A stretch of DNA of 64,000 bases from NCBI GenBank assembly GCA_047639555.1, contig JBLIOE010000020.1:4100-68099 (forward strand), read 5' to 3'. Below the pieces are notes generated by a model that was not told where the DNA came from, made no database searches, and saw only the letters and a list, made by a program, of their open reading frames with translations. Of this stretch, positions 38,301 through 46,473 are shown piece after piece. Source of the stretch: Candidatus Aldehydirespiratoraceae bacterium. Lineage in GTDB: Bacteria; Actinomycetota; Acidimicrobiia; Acidimicrobiales; Aldehydirespiratoraceae. Position 1 is the stretch's first letter. Every line of letters begins with the position of its first letter. Made by a program: the position numbers and the translations under genes.

Positions 38301-38685
38301 GCGAGCCCTCGACGTCGGGGAAGGTGAGGAGCACGATCGCTCGCCAGAAGTCGGCGATGGCCACTGTGGCGATCAACAAAACAATGCGCGGTCTATGGAA
38401 GAGCCGTTTGACCACGATCACTTCGGTGACGAGGCCCAAAAGGGCGCCAACCAGCAGCGAGATCACGAGCGCAAGCCAGAACGGGAAGTTCCAGTTCAGG
38501 ACTAAGAGTGCGAAGAGCGCAGCACCGGGCAAGCCCATGTTGCCGGCGCCGAAGTTGATCACTCGCGTACTGCGGTAGATCAGCACGATGCCCATGGCCA
38601 GAAGGCCGAAGACCAAGCCTTGGACGAGTGTGAGGAAGAGCAGGCGACGGGTGATCCACGTGGCCAGTAGGAAAGTGCTCTCCAT
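35371..38685 (-). CDS. triple-fused HAAT ABC transporter protein: LivH-like permease + LivM-like permease + extra TM insert + LivG-like ATPase
   Basis: 1104 aa. The N-terminus GLLAMGIVLIYRSTRVINFGAGNMG is LivH-like (~37720-38685). A LivM-like block follows (~36650-37720), then an extra ~3-helix insert (~36140-36650). The ATPase has GLIGTNGAGKSTIM, LSTGTRRIVEL and LCLDEPTAGV (35371-~36140). Confidence 0.8.
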   Translation of the reverse strand: MESTFLLATWITRRLLFLTLVQGLVFGLLAMGIVLIYRSTRVINFGAGNMGLPGAALFALLVLNWNFPFWLALVISLLVGALLGLVTEVIVVKRLFHRPRIVLLIATVAIADFWRAIVLLTFPDVEGSQVKYPAAIGRSWEGVGGVFEGFPSIGIGADEGILIKGPEIQKLILVPILAVLLGLLMSRTTFGKSITASADNPQLSRLSGINPHVVSSVVWTIAGFLATLSMILLSSGNSPSGIDNLGPFTLTNALAAAVIAGMRSFPRAMLGGVVIALADNLFTFNFNRDPGLSTLLVFIAVIIAMYWQSRNNNDEGPLNFAPKVKPLPAHVRQIWWIRHMPRLAIGTLLFVIVMISWHHESLFSFADQYIWFWNEVPTRIVPSKFFLYSTIAAFAMVTASLTVITGWSGQVSLAQMSYAGIGALTAAALNRGVEFDIGYAETRLIDVQWSGIPAVPSMVIAVFTTAGIAAITGIGALRVRGILLAISTFAFAIAAEKYIYHRPFFSNGDSSVKFERGWFYTWDLKDQRTYFYFALGCLILCILVIGRLRRSGIGRSIIAVRDNTDTASAYTVSPVRMKLTAFAVAGGIAGLGGAVFANAARNIRFTEAHFQIGDSLQVVNMVVIGGLGSVIGPVLGAFWVRGLPTFFPDNALISLVTSSVGFLVMLMYFPGGFVQIAYKVRDAAVVRAERRYGLVETTSTTATPQALKRDDGTTKTASETPPMWESALSGIVLVLKVASLATIALAAVDHLAGNGDNGWFGLYMVASFISGLVSLALLVKISQKSAAHIGAPGTKVGYSLYLLVEPVVPFVWPLMVGRWFQRDMIAAAPRPPKVYPTLPVSDSGREVALSTRNITVRFGGNVAVNDVSIEIGKDEIVGLIGTNGAGKSTIMNAIGGYVPSVGKVVLLGKNVEGLSSPKRASLGLGRTFQAATLFPELTVRECVQVALEARHPSSFAKSALFLDMASERRMRSEADELIDFLGLGRYADSFVSDLSTGTRRIVELSGLLAVDADVLCLDEPTAGVAQREAEAFGPLIMEIRREIGASMLIIEHDMPLIMSISDRVYCLEAGTVIAEGDPEAVRSDPAVIASYLGTDERAIDRSDS

Positions 38686-40910
38686 CAGCCGCCTTCCTTT
38701 CCGAGGAACACAGCCCGAGCGAGGTCGTCACGTTCGGCGAGCTCTTGGGCTGATCCTTCGAAACGCACGGCACCCTTTTCGAGGAAGATCGCACGGTCGG
38801 ATACCGCCAGCGCGACATTGAGGCTCTGCTCGACGATGATCATCGTCTGGCCGGCTTCGCGGAGCCGGTCGATATGGGTGAGAAGGTCTTGCACAACGGT
38901 TGGGGCGAGACCGAGGCTGAGCTCATCGATGATGAGAATGTCGGGTTCGTGGAGCATCACTCGGGCGAGCGCCAGCATCTGCTGCTGGCCACCGGAGAGG
39001 TCGCCGGCTCGTTCTTCAAGACGGTCGCTGAGTACGGGGAAGAGCTCGAGTACGTGGGCGATGCGGCGATCGCGGTCGTCGGTGTCTTTGCGGTACTGGT
39101 AGGCGCCGACCTGAAGATTGTCGCCAATCGTGAGGTTGGGCCACACGCCCTTACCGCCCGGCAACATCTGGATGCCGAGCTTGGCCCGCATCTCCGGGCT
39201 CGCAAATGTGGCGGTGCGGCCGTGGTAACGAACCACTCCACGCTCGGGGGTCTCGAGTCCGGCGATGACCTTGAGGATTGTGGACTTGCCCGCACCGTTG
39301 GTGCCCAGCAACGCGAGGGTCTCGCCCTGTGCCACGTCGAAGGACACATCGAACAGCACCTGTACCTGGCCGTAGCTGAAGTCGATGTGGTTGACCTGCA
39401 TCACGGGAATGTCGTCGCCGGCCGCGACGATGTCGAAGTACGCCTGCTCTTCCAAGAGCTCTTCCACGACAAGGGAGAGATCACGGCGGATGGCTTTACT
39501 GCCCTTGATGATGTTGTACCCACCGAGCGGCATGAAGATCAGCGTGAGGCTGGTAATTGTGAAGCGCTCGCCCCACTCGTTCTGCATGAAGCCGCTGAGC
39601 AGCCCACCGCCAATGCCGCCGATCGCAAACATGAAGAAGGTGATGATCGCCGTACCCATGCCGCGCAATCGGTAGGGGACCACGCCCTGAATCGACGGCT
39701 GGATCATCGAGAATGCGGCGCCGAGGAAGCTGCCGGTTGCCGTAGCGAAGATGACGAAGAGCCACACGTTGGGCATCGCGAATTGAATCGGAACGAGGAA
39801 GCCGACCGGGATGAGGAGGGCACCCACGATTCGTAGCGCCTTGTCGGGCGACTTTCGGAAGGTCTGGTCGAATTTCTTGCCGATGAACGGCAGCAGGAGA
39901 ACAATCACGACGCCGGTCGGCGCCACCGCAAAGCCGCGCTCGAGGGCGTTGAGCCCGAACTCCTCTTCCAGGTAGAAGCTGGTGATCGAGCCGGCTGGGA
40001 AGAGGGCGAAACCGATCGCGGCGAGGCCGATCGTCATCGAGCGGACGGTGTCGATTCGCCAGATGCGGTTGAAGGCCGCGCCGATGGAGATCGGGATCTC
40101 TTCGCCGTCGGAGCCGAAGCTGTGGCCGAGGACGTCCTTCTTTTCCCACTGCCCTCGTTCGGGCTCGGGGATGGCGAACGCCAGGACCGCGAGAACGAGG
40201 ACCGGGAGGCTTAGTGCGAGGTAGGCCCACCGCCAACCCTCGGTGCCGCCCACGGCGACGGCAATACCGCCGACGAGAATTGGGCTGGCGGCGTTGAACA
40301 CGCGCCCGACGGCGGCGTTGAGCGCGTACATGCGGCCGCGGATCGGAATGGGATATGTATCGGCCAACAGCGTTGAGTGGACCGTGATGGTGTTGGCCTT
40401 CGAGATGCCCGTGAAGAACCGAGTCCAGAAGAACATGAAGGCGTTGACGGCGAGGCCGCTCATGAAGGCGAAGACGGCGAACGCCATGCTCGCGATGGCA
40501 ACGATCGGGCCGCGGCGAACTCGGTCGGCGAGGTAACCCATCGGGCCGGCGCCGAGCACGAAGAAGGCGACGGAGGCTACGGAGATGAAGGTGATGAGGC
40601 CATCGGAGACACCGAAGGTTTCTCCGATGTCGGGGCCAAGGATGTTGACGGCCGCGCCCTCGAGCTCGTCCATTGAGTTGAGCGCCAGGAGAACAACGAA
40701 GGTGTACGGCCCGCCCTTGGCGAAACCTTCGCGGAGCGTCATTTCTTCCGAACCGACGCCGGGGAGGAGGTCATCGGCGAAGAGCACTCCCTTCGACCTC
40801 TGCGCCTGGGCGTCTTGCCGGGCTGCTTCCTCGTCAAGAACTGCCGCAGTAAGCGATGCCGCCGACCGCGGCTCCTTCTCTGACTCGCTCACCAGAATCC
40901 CCCAAGTCAT
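38685..40910 (-). CDS. MFS-type 12-TM domain fused to a LivF-like ABC ATPase
   Basis: 741 aa. MFS signatures are GYLADRVRRGPI (motif A-like), PIPIRGRMYAL and GWRWAYL, with 10-12 helices (~39480-40750). The C-terminus has MQVNHIDFSYGQ..., LLGTNGAGKSTIL, LSGGQQQMLALARV and LIIDELSLGLAP (38685-39400). The stop overlaps the next start (ATGA). Confidence 0.8.
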   Translation of the reverse strand: MTWGILVSESEKEPRSAASLTAAVLDEEAARQDAQAQRSKGVLFADDLLPGVGSEEMTLREGFAKGGPYTFVVLLALNSMDELEGAAVNILGPDIGETFGVSDGLITFISVASVAFFVLGAGPMGYLADRVRRGPIVAIASMAFAVFAFMSGLAVNAFMFFWTRFFTGISKANTITVHSTLLADTYPIPIRGRMYALNAAVGRVFNAASPILVGGIAVAVGGTEGWRWAYLALSLPVLVLAVLAFAIPEPERGQWEKKDVLGHSFGSDGEEIPISIGAAFNRIWRIDTVRSMTIGLAAIGFALFPAGSITSFYLEEEFGLNALERGFAVAPTGVVIVLLLPFIGKKFDQTFRKSPDKALRIVGALLIPVGFLVPIQFAMPNVWLFVIFATATGSFLGAAFSMIQPSIQGVVPYRLRGMGTAIITFFMFAIGGIGGGLLSGFMQNEWGERFTITSLTLIFMPLGGYNIIKGSKAIRRDLSLVVEELLEEQAYFDIVAAGDDIPVMQVNHIDFSYGQVQVLFDVSFDVAQGETLALLGTNGAGKSTILKVIAGLETPERGVVRYHGRTATFASPEMRAKLGIQMLPGGKGVWPNLTIGDNLQVGAYQYRKDTDDRDRRIAHVLELFPVLSDRLEERAGDLSGGQQQMLALARVMLHEPDILIIDELSLGLAPTVVQDLLTHIDRLREAGQTMIIVEQSLNVALAVSDRAIFLEKGAVRFEGSAQELAERDDLARAVFLGKEGG

Positions 40911-40916
40911 CCGGAT

Positions 40917-40966
40917 ATTGTGCCTGAACTACCAGCACAATGTCTCACTACTGCTGTGACAGTAGT
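40917..40966 (-). promoter_or_regulatory. two adjacent inverted repeats in the leader/promoter of the fused ABC operon
   Basis: ATTGTGC-N11-GCACAAT (40917..40941, ending 7 nt from the ATG at 40910) and ACTACTG-N6-CAGTAGT (40947..40966). No obvious SD lies between them and the start. Confidence 0.35.
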
Positions 40967-41060
40967 CGCAGCCCCACTCTTCGGGCTAGCCGTGAGCTTT
41001 CACCCCCAGGCTGAGCCGTGGCAGGCTTTCACTGATCCACCCCAAGCTCAAGAGGCAGTT

Positions 41061-41993
41061 ATGGCATTTGAAACGACCACCGCGGAAGTCATCGCCGGAA
41101 TCGACCTGACCGGCACCATCGCTGTCGTTACCGGCGCGACCACCGGCCTGGGTCGTGAAACCGCACGCACACTCGCCGGAGCGGGAGCCCACGTAGTTGT
41201 GTGCGGTCGCTCAGCGGAGAAGTGTGAAGAGTCCGTCGCCGCGATCCGCGAATCCGTTCCCGCGGCATCGCTCGAGATCGAGCCGTTCGACCTCGCCGAT
41301 CTCGGCACGGTGCGGGCGGGTGCGGCCGCCATTCTCGAACGCCACGACGCGATCAACATTCTCGTCAATAACGCGGGCGTGATGTTCACCCCGGAAGGCC
41401 GCACCGCCGATGGCTTCGAAACTCAGTTCGGCACGAATCATGTCGGCCACTTCCTCCTCACCAATCTTTTGATGCCCTCGCTACTTGCGGGGTCACCAGC
41501 GCGAGTGGTGAACCTGTCAAGCGCCGGGCACGGTTTCGGCGATGTCCGATGGGACGATCCAAACTTCGACGACGCGCCGTACGACAAGTTCGAGGCCTAC
41601 GGACAGTCGAAGACCGCCAACATCTTGTTTGCGCTCGAACTCGACCGTCGCCATGCCGAGGCCGGCCTTCGTTCGAACGCGGTCCACCCCGGGATGATCA
41701 TGACGGACCTGGCCCGGCACATGGGTGGAGACGACATGGAAGAACTCGGGCGGCGAGCCGCGGCACAAGCGAAAGCGGGTACCGGCGGAGGGCTCCCCGA
41801 GTTCAAGACGATCGAACAGGGTGCGGCAACGTCGATCTATTGCGCGGTCTCGACCGACATGGAAGGTGTCGGCGGTCGATATCTCGACAACGTCGAGTTC
41901 GCCGAACCGGCGCCCTACGCCACCGACCTCAAGGCTGCGGCGCGGCTGTGGGCGATGTCGGAAACACTTGTCGGCGAGTCCTTCAGCTCTTAG
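41061..41993 (+). CDS. SDR-family oxidoreductase (retinol-dehydrogenase/WWOX-like)
   Basis: ATG 41061 with AGAGG upstream. VAVVTGATTGLG, NNAG, YGQSKTAN. Confidence 0.85.
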   Translation: MAFETTTAEVIAGIDLTGTIAVVTGATTGLGRETARTLAGAGAHVVVCGRSAEKCEESVAAIRESVPAASLEIEPFDLADLGTVRAGAAAILERHDAINILVNNAGVMFTPEGRTADGFETQFGTNHVGHFLLTNLLMPSLLAGSPARVVNLSSAGHGFGDVRWDDPNFDDAPYDKFEAYGQSKTANILFALELDRRHAEAGLRSNAVHPGMIMTDLARHMGGDDMEELGRRAAAQAKAGTGGGLPEFKTIEQGAATSIYCAVSTDMEGVGGRYLDNVEFAEPAPYATDLKAAARLWAMSETLVGESFSS

Positions 41994-42729
41994 TCGCCGG
42001 TGGTCCCGCGCTCGTGTGGCGAGTGCCAGGCGGATCGACCGCCCATAGAGCCTGGTCGCCCCACTTGCCGTCGTAGACAAAAGAAGAGAGTGGGACCCGG
42101 CGCACGGGGCCGTGGTTTCCTTCGGGGCGGCCGAGAGTAATTGTGGCGCTGATCGTCGCCTCGTCAGGAATCTCGAGGAGAGCACGGAGCTCCTCTTCGA
42201 CGTATGCATGCCAGATCGTGATGACACCTCCGTAGCCGAGTGCACGCGCCGCAAGAAGAAGGTTCTGGCACGCCGGATAGACCGAGGCGCCCTCCGTTGG
42301 AGAGGGTGCTCGGTGCCGGACAAAGCACGGCAGGACCAGAGCCGGAACCGTCTCCATCTGGTCGACATAACGTTCCATCGAGCGCGCCATCCGCGCCTTC
42401 GGCGAGTTGGGATCGTTACCCGACCCCTTGTCGTAACCCTCGTTGGCGCGCTTGGCCGCCCACACCGCCCGTGCGCCCCGGCCGACAATGGCCTTTGCCT
42501 CTCGGGCAATCTCGCCGTTCGTGAGCACGATGAACCGAAACGGCTGACGATTCGATCCGCTCGGCGCTCGTGAAGCAGCGAACAGGATGTCGCGCAGGTC
42601 CTTCTGAGGAATGGGTTCGTCGGTGTAACGACGAATCGACCGGGTGGTTGTGAGTCCTTCCAGAAGGCCAATGGTGTCGGCAGCGAGTGCTTGTTCTGAC
42701 AGTGGCTGGTCGGCGAGTTCGTTCGTCAT
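41983..42729 (-). CDS. nitroreductase family protein
   Basis: TRSIRRYTDEPIPQKDLRDILFAASRAPSGSNRQPFRFIVL. Confidence 0.85.
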   Translation of the reverse strand: MTNELADQPLSEQALAADTIGLLEGLTTTRSIRRYTDEPIPQKDLRDILFAASRAPSGSNRQPFRFIVLTNGEIAREAKAIVGRGARAVWAAKRANEGYDKGSGNDPNSPKARMARSMERYVDQMETVPALVLPCFVRHRAPSPTEGASVYPACQNLLLAARALGYGGVITIWHAYVEEELRALLEIPDEATISATITLGRPEGNHGPVRRVPLSSFVYDGKWGDQALWAVDPPGTRHTSAGPPATKS

Positions 42730-43715
42730 GTTTGGGCCTCGAGCGTGGGAAGGGGTGTTCCTTCGAAGTAACGACGCGGATTGTGATGGGTCAGTCGATC
42801 GATCGCCGCATCAGCCATTCCGAGGTCCTGGAGCTTAGGGATGATCTCCTCGTCGAATCGTGTGGGCACAAACTGATCGGCGATGCGGGCGCGGAGACCG
42901 GGAGGCCACGGGTTGCCCTTCCAACACCACACGGAATCATGCGACACGACGATCCGGTCGCCGGCGCCATGATCGACAAGTCGGCTCAGGGCGGCGGCCC
43001 GGTCGTCGTCGCTCACGGTCGGAATGCCGAAACGGTCGAAGCCGAGATAGCTGCCGCCTCGCGCGATGCGCAGGTGGTAATCGGTGTCGGTCGAACCACA
43101 CGAATGGCCGATGATCACCCGCTCGGGTGCGACGCCCGCGGCCGTCAACACCGCTTGCTGTCGATCGCCGAGGGTGCCGTCTTCCGTGTGGGTGGTGATC
43201 GGTGCGCCTGTCTGGGCGGCGGCCCTTGCCGCGGCGGCAAACACGGCGGCTTCATGTTCCGTCAGATCGCCGAGGCCGGTGCCCACCTTGATCAGGCCTG
43301 CTCGAACACCGCTCGACCCGATGCCATTGGTCAGTTCGCCAATGAACAACTCAGCCATGACCTCGCTGATGTCTTCATAACGAGCCCGAAACTTCCAGTG
43401 GGCGTGTCCGCCCTCATGTTCTTTGTAGAGGCCAGTCGCACAGATGATCTGGAAACCAGTCGCCTCGGCGACGGCCACCATGAGTTCGAGGTCGCGGCCG
43501 AGATCGTTTGGACACGGGTCGATCATCGACTGATACCCAAGTGCCTGCATCGACTCGACTCGCTCGATACAGAACCGTGTGGCGGCGGCCCGGTCGAACG
43601 GTTCGTTCGTGGCGGACTCCCAACCCGGATAACCCACCGTCAGGTGCTCGTGCATCAGGGTGCGGCCCAGTTGACTGCTGTTGATGGGTCCGGTCACCGT
43701 CTGGATCGTGGTCAT
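42726..43715 (-). CDS. phosphotriesterase-related (PTE/Php family) metal-dependent hydrolase
   Basis: LGRTLMHEHL at the N-terminus and later ITTHTEDG, GHS and VSHD, typical of the PTE amidohydrolase family. Confidence 0.8.
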   Translation of the reverse strand: MTTIQTVTGPINSSQLGRTLMHEHLTVGYPGWESATNEPFDRAAATRFCIERVESMQALGYQSMIDPCPNDLGRDLELMVAVAEATGFQIICATGLYKEHEGGHAHWKFRARYEDISEVMAELFIGELTNGIGSSGVRAGLIKVGTGLGDLTEHEAAVFAAAARAAAQTGAPITTHTEDGTLGDRQQAVLTAAGVAPERVIIGHSCGSTDTDYHLRIARGGSYLGFDRFGIPTVSDDDRAAALSRLVDHGAGDRIVVSHDSVWCWKGNPWPPGLRARIADQFVPTRFDEEIIPKLQDLGMADAAIDRLTHHNPRRYFEGTPLPTLEAQT

Positions 43716-43784
43716 TTCGGGAGCGTAGGGGATTGAGACACGTGCCTCCGGTCCGAGCGAGGTCGCGAGCTACTGTTCGACCCC

Positions 43785-44954
43785 GTGTCGTCCTTCATTC
43801 CCGCCTCCCCAGCCGAACTCACACCTGAATGGGTGACCACCACGATGCGCGATGCGGGTGTGCTTCCGAACGGCCGCGTCCGATCGGTCACGGTCCGTCC
43901 GCTGAACGGTGGCGGCACCGGCTTTACCGGCGAAACCGTGAGGGTCGAGCTTGAATACGAAGACGCTCCCGACGCTCCGCCGAGCGTGATCGCGAAGTTC
44001 CCCACGGCTGATCGGCTGACGCGCGGAATGCTCGAAGCGTTTGACGCCTATGCCCGCGAGATTCGTTTCTACCAAAAGTACGCCCACCGTTTGCCGTGTC
44101 CGACGCCTGCTTATCTCGGCGCTGACTACGACACAAAGGGTGCGAAACACACGGGCCCGCGAATGTCGCGTCTGATCGATGCGCTGCCCGATCGCGTGCA
44201 ACTGATGGTCACGGCCGATGTCACCAAGTTCATGCGAGCGTCGAAGCGTCGTTACGCCCTCCTCATCGAGGATCTCGGCGGCGACACCACTGTCTACGAC
44301 CTGACGTCGCCACCCGATAACGCTCAGCTCGCGGCCGCGCTTGAAGAGTTGGCTGCGCTCCACGCCGCCTTCTGGCACGACGGCGGCCTGCACGGTGACG
44401 ATGTCTTCCGTGCGGTGCTCACCACCACGCCGGGTCTGTACCAAACCGTGGGCCGCAAGCGTTGTCTCGCTCTAGCTCAGGAGCTCTGGGCGGATTGGCT
44501 CACCGTCGCCGATGTTGCCGCGCTTCGTGAGGCGCTCGACCGATTCCCTGAAGATGTCGCTCGGGTCAATCAGAAGATCACGATGATCCACGGCGACCCG
44601 CGATCCGACAACATTCTCTACGGCGCCGACGGCAAGGTCGTCTTGCTCGATTGGTCGCTCGCCGGCCACGCCCACCCGGGCTACGACGTCGCCTATTTAC
44701 TCAGCAGCTGTCTCGGCACCGACCGCATCGGTGCCCGCCATGAGCTGCTCGAACGCTACGAGGGTGCTCTGGCCCGCAATGGTGTCGAGATCGACGGCGC
44801 CGATCTCCGAGCGACGGTTGCCGCCGCCTATCGCGGGCTGGCCGTCCAACAGCTGATGAGCATCGTCGTGTTGAACAACGAGAGTTATGGCGACGATTCG
44901 ATGTACGACTTGTGGATGCCGCGCATCCTGGTGGGCATCGCCGCCGAGTGGTGA
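43785..44954 (+). CDS. phosphotransferase (APH/choline-kinase-like) family protein
   Basis: HGDPRSDNILY (catalytic loop) and LLDWSLAG. GTG start. Confidence 0.75.
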   Translation: MSSFIPASPAELTPEWVTTTMRDAGVLPNGRVRSVTVRPLNGGGTGFTGETVRVELEYEDAPDAPPSVIAKFPTADRLTRGMLEAFDAYAREIRFYQKYAHRLPCPTPAYLGADYDTKGAKHTGPRMSRLIDALPDRVQLMVTADVTKFMRASKRRYALLIEDLGGDTTVYDLTSPPDNAQLAAALEELAALHAAFWHDGGLHGDDVFRAVLTTTPGLYQTVGRKRCLALAQELWADWLTVADVAALREALDRFPEDVARVNQKITMIHGDPRSDNILYGADGKVVLLDWSLAGHAHPGYDVAYLLSSCLGTDRIGARHELLERYEGALARNGVEIDGADLRATVAAAYRGLAVQQLMSIVVLNNESYGDDSMYDLWMPRILVGIAAEW

Positions 44955-44957
44955 CCC

Positions 44958-45479
44958 TCAGCTGACGCCGTTGCCGCCCTGGCGGATATCGGCGAGGTCA
45001 AGCGTCGGCACATCGAAAACCACGAGGTCGGTGGCGACATCGGCGGGATTGGTGCGCGCGTAGGACTGGTAGAAGCGCCGGGCAAACCACCAGCGACCGT
45101 CGTCGTCTCGTTCGAATCGGTCGTGATAGACGCCGAACGTGTCCGAGCGGCGGCCCTCGTCGGTTGTTTGGCGGGCCTCTTGCATATACATCCGGGCCGC
45201 GGCCACGCCGGCTTGTGCGTCGATGTCCATCACCGTGTTGAGGATGACGAACTCGAAGAAGTCGAACTGCTCGAGTTGGCCTGCAATGAAGTCGCCGATG
45301 GCCTGCGGGCCGTTGAAGTCGATGGCCCTGTCGACCAGGTTGACCGTGATCACACAATCCGGCCGCATGAGATCGTGGAGTTCAGGCCACGCCCGTCGCG
45401 TCACGACATCGGCATAGGCAGCCTGCAACCGCCCCACCTGCGTAAACGCCACCACCTCGTCCACTACCGACTCGTCCAT
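44958..45479 (-). CDS. NTF2-like/SnoaL-like fold protein
   Basis: About 170 aa with LQAAYADVVTRRAWPELHDLMRPDCVI..., typical of the SnoaL_4-type. ATG 45479 has GGGGA 7 nt upstream. Confidence 0.6.
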   Translation of the reverse strand: MDESVVDEVVAFTQVGRLQAAYADVVTRRAWPELHDLMRPDCVITVNLVDRAIDFNGPQAIGDFIAGQLEQFDFFEFVILNTVMDIDAQAGVAAARMYMQEARQTTDEGRRSDTFGVYHDRFERDDDGRWWFARRFYQSYARTNPADVATDLVVFDVPTLDLADIRQGGNGVS

Positions 45480-45494
45480 CACACAGTCCCCATG

Positions 45495-45541
45495 TTCTGT
45501 GAACGGAAACCGGCGCAGGGCGCCGGTTTCCGTTCACAGAA
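45495..45541 (-). terminator. 22-bp perfect hairpin immediately after the SDR stop codon
   Basis: TTCTGTGAACGGAAACCGGCGC-agg-GCGCCGGTTTCCGTTCACAGAA. It lies 2 nt after stop 45544-45546 and 15 nt before the next start. Confidence 0.6.
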
Positions 45542-45543
45542 GA

Positions 45544-46473
45544 TCAGATGGGCATGCCGTGGTGGGGGGGGACGTTGAGATCGCCGATGGCGTCGGCGCG
45601 GCGGTGAAGGAGTTGGACGGTGTCGCCGAGGCTCATTGTGATGATGTAGCGGCGAGCGGCGGTTTCGCTGACGACGAAGTCGCCTTGGGCGTCGAGGTCG
45701 GCCTCGACCACGACGCGGCCGGCCTTTTCGAGCATCGTCTTCATCTCGTCGAAGGTCATGCTCTTGCGGCCCGTGCCTTCGCCGACTCGCTGGAGCTCGT
45801 CGGGACGGTTGCGGCTCGCGGTGAACAAGCCGGTGCGCTGTAGGCCGCCGGCCGGGTAGAAGACCGAGGCGCGGAGCTGCGTGTCTTCCATGATCAGATT
45901 GTGGTGGAGCGCTTCGGTGAAGCAGCTGACGGCTGCCTTCGACGCGGCGTAGACCGACGCCGTCGGCACCGGAGCAAAGCCGCCGTCGCCCGACGATGTG
46001 TTGATGATCTGACCGGGCTCGCCGCCTTCGAGCATTCGCGGCACGAACTCGGACACACAAATTGCGGTGCCGAACACGTTGACGCCGAAGCACCAGCGCC
46101 AATCGTTGGGCTCCTGCTGCCAGGGCTTGCCGCCGCCGCCAGAGGTAACGCCAGCGTTGTTGTAGAGCAGGTTGACCTTGCCGTGGGCCGCGTAGACCTG
46201 ATCGGCGAGCGCCTTGACCGATGCCTCGTCGGTGATGTCGGTCTGTACTCCCGAGACGTTCCCTAGGGACGAGAACTCCTCGACGGTCGCAGCGATCGTT
46301 TCAGCTTCGATGTCGGCAATCACGACGGTGGCACCGGCGCGTAGCAGCGCGCCGACGATGCCTTTGCCAATGCCACCGGCCCCGCCGGTGACAACGGCGA
46401 CGGTGCCGTCGACTTCGAGGGGACCGATATTGTCGAGAGAAGTACCGTCGAGAGAAGTGCCGTCGTCGCTCAT
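45544..46473 (-). CDS. SDR-family oxidoreductase
   Basis: VAVVTGGAGGIGKG, NNAG, YAASKAAV. The start overlaps the upstream stop. Confidence 0.85.
   Translation of the reverse strand: MSDDGTSLDGTSLDNIGPLEVDGTVAVVTGGAGGIGKGIVGALLRAGATVVIADIEAETIAATVEEFSSLGNVSGVQTDITDEASVKALADQVYAAHGKVNLLYNNAGVTSGGGGKPWQQEPNDWRWCFGVNVFGTAICVSEFVPRMLEGGEPGQIINTSSGDGGFAPVPTASVYAASKAAVSCFTEALHHNLIMEDTQLRASVFYPAGGLQRTGLFTASRNRPDELQRVGEGTGRKSMTFDEMKTMLEKAGRVVVEADLDAQGDFVVSETAARRYIITMSLGDTVQLLHRRADAIGDLNVPPHHGMPI

Noticed and set aside
41517-42671. 384-aa minus-strand ORF
   Set aside because: It is an alternative frame overlapping the nitroreductase gene and antisense to the SDR gene, and it is Arg/Ser-rich.
42687-43736. 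349-aa plus-strand ORF
   Set aside because: It is antisense to the phosphotriesterase-family gene, which has the HEHL metal motif.
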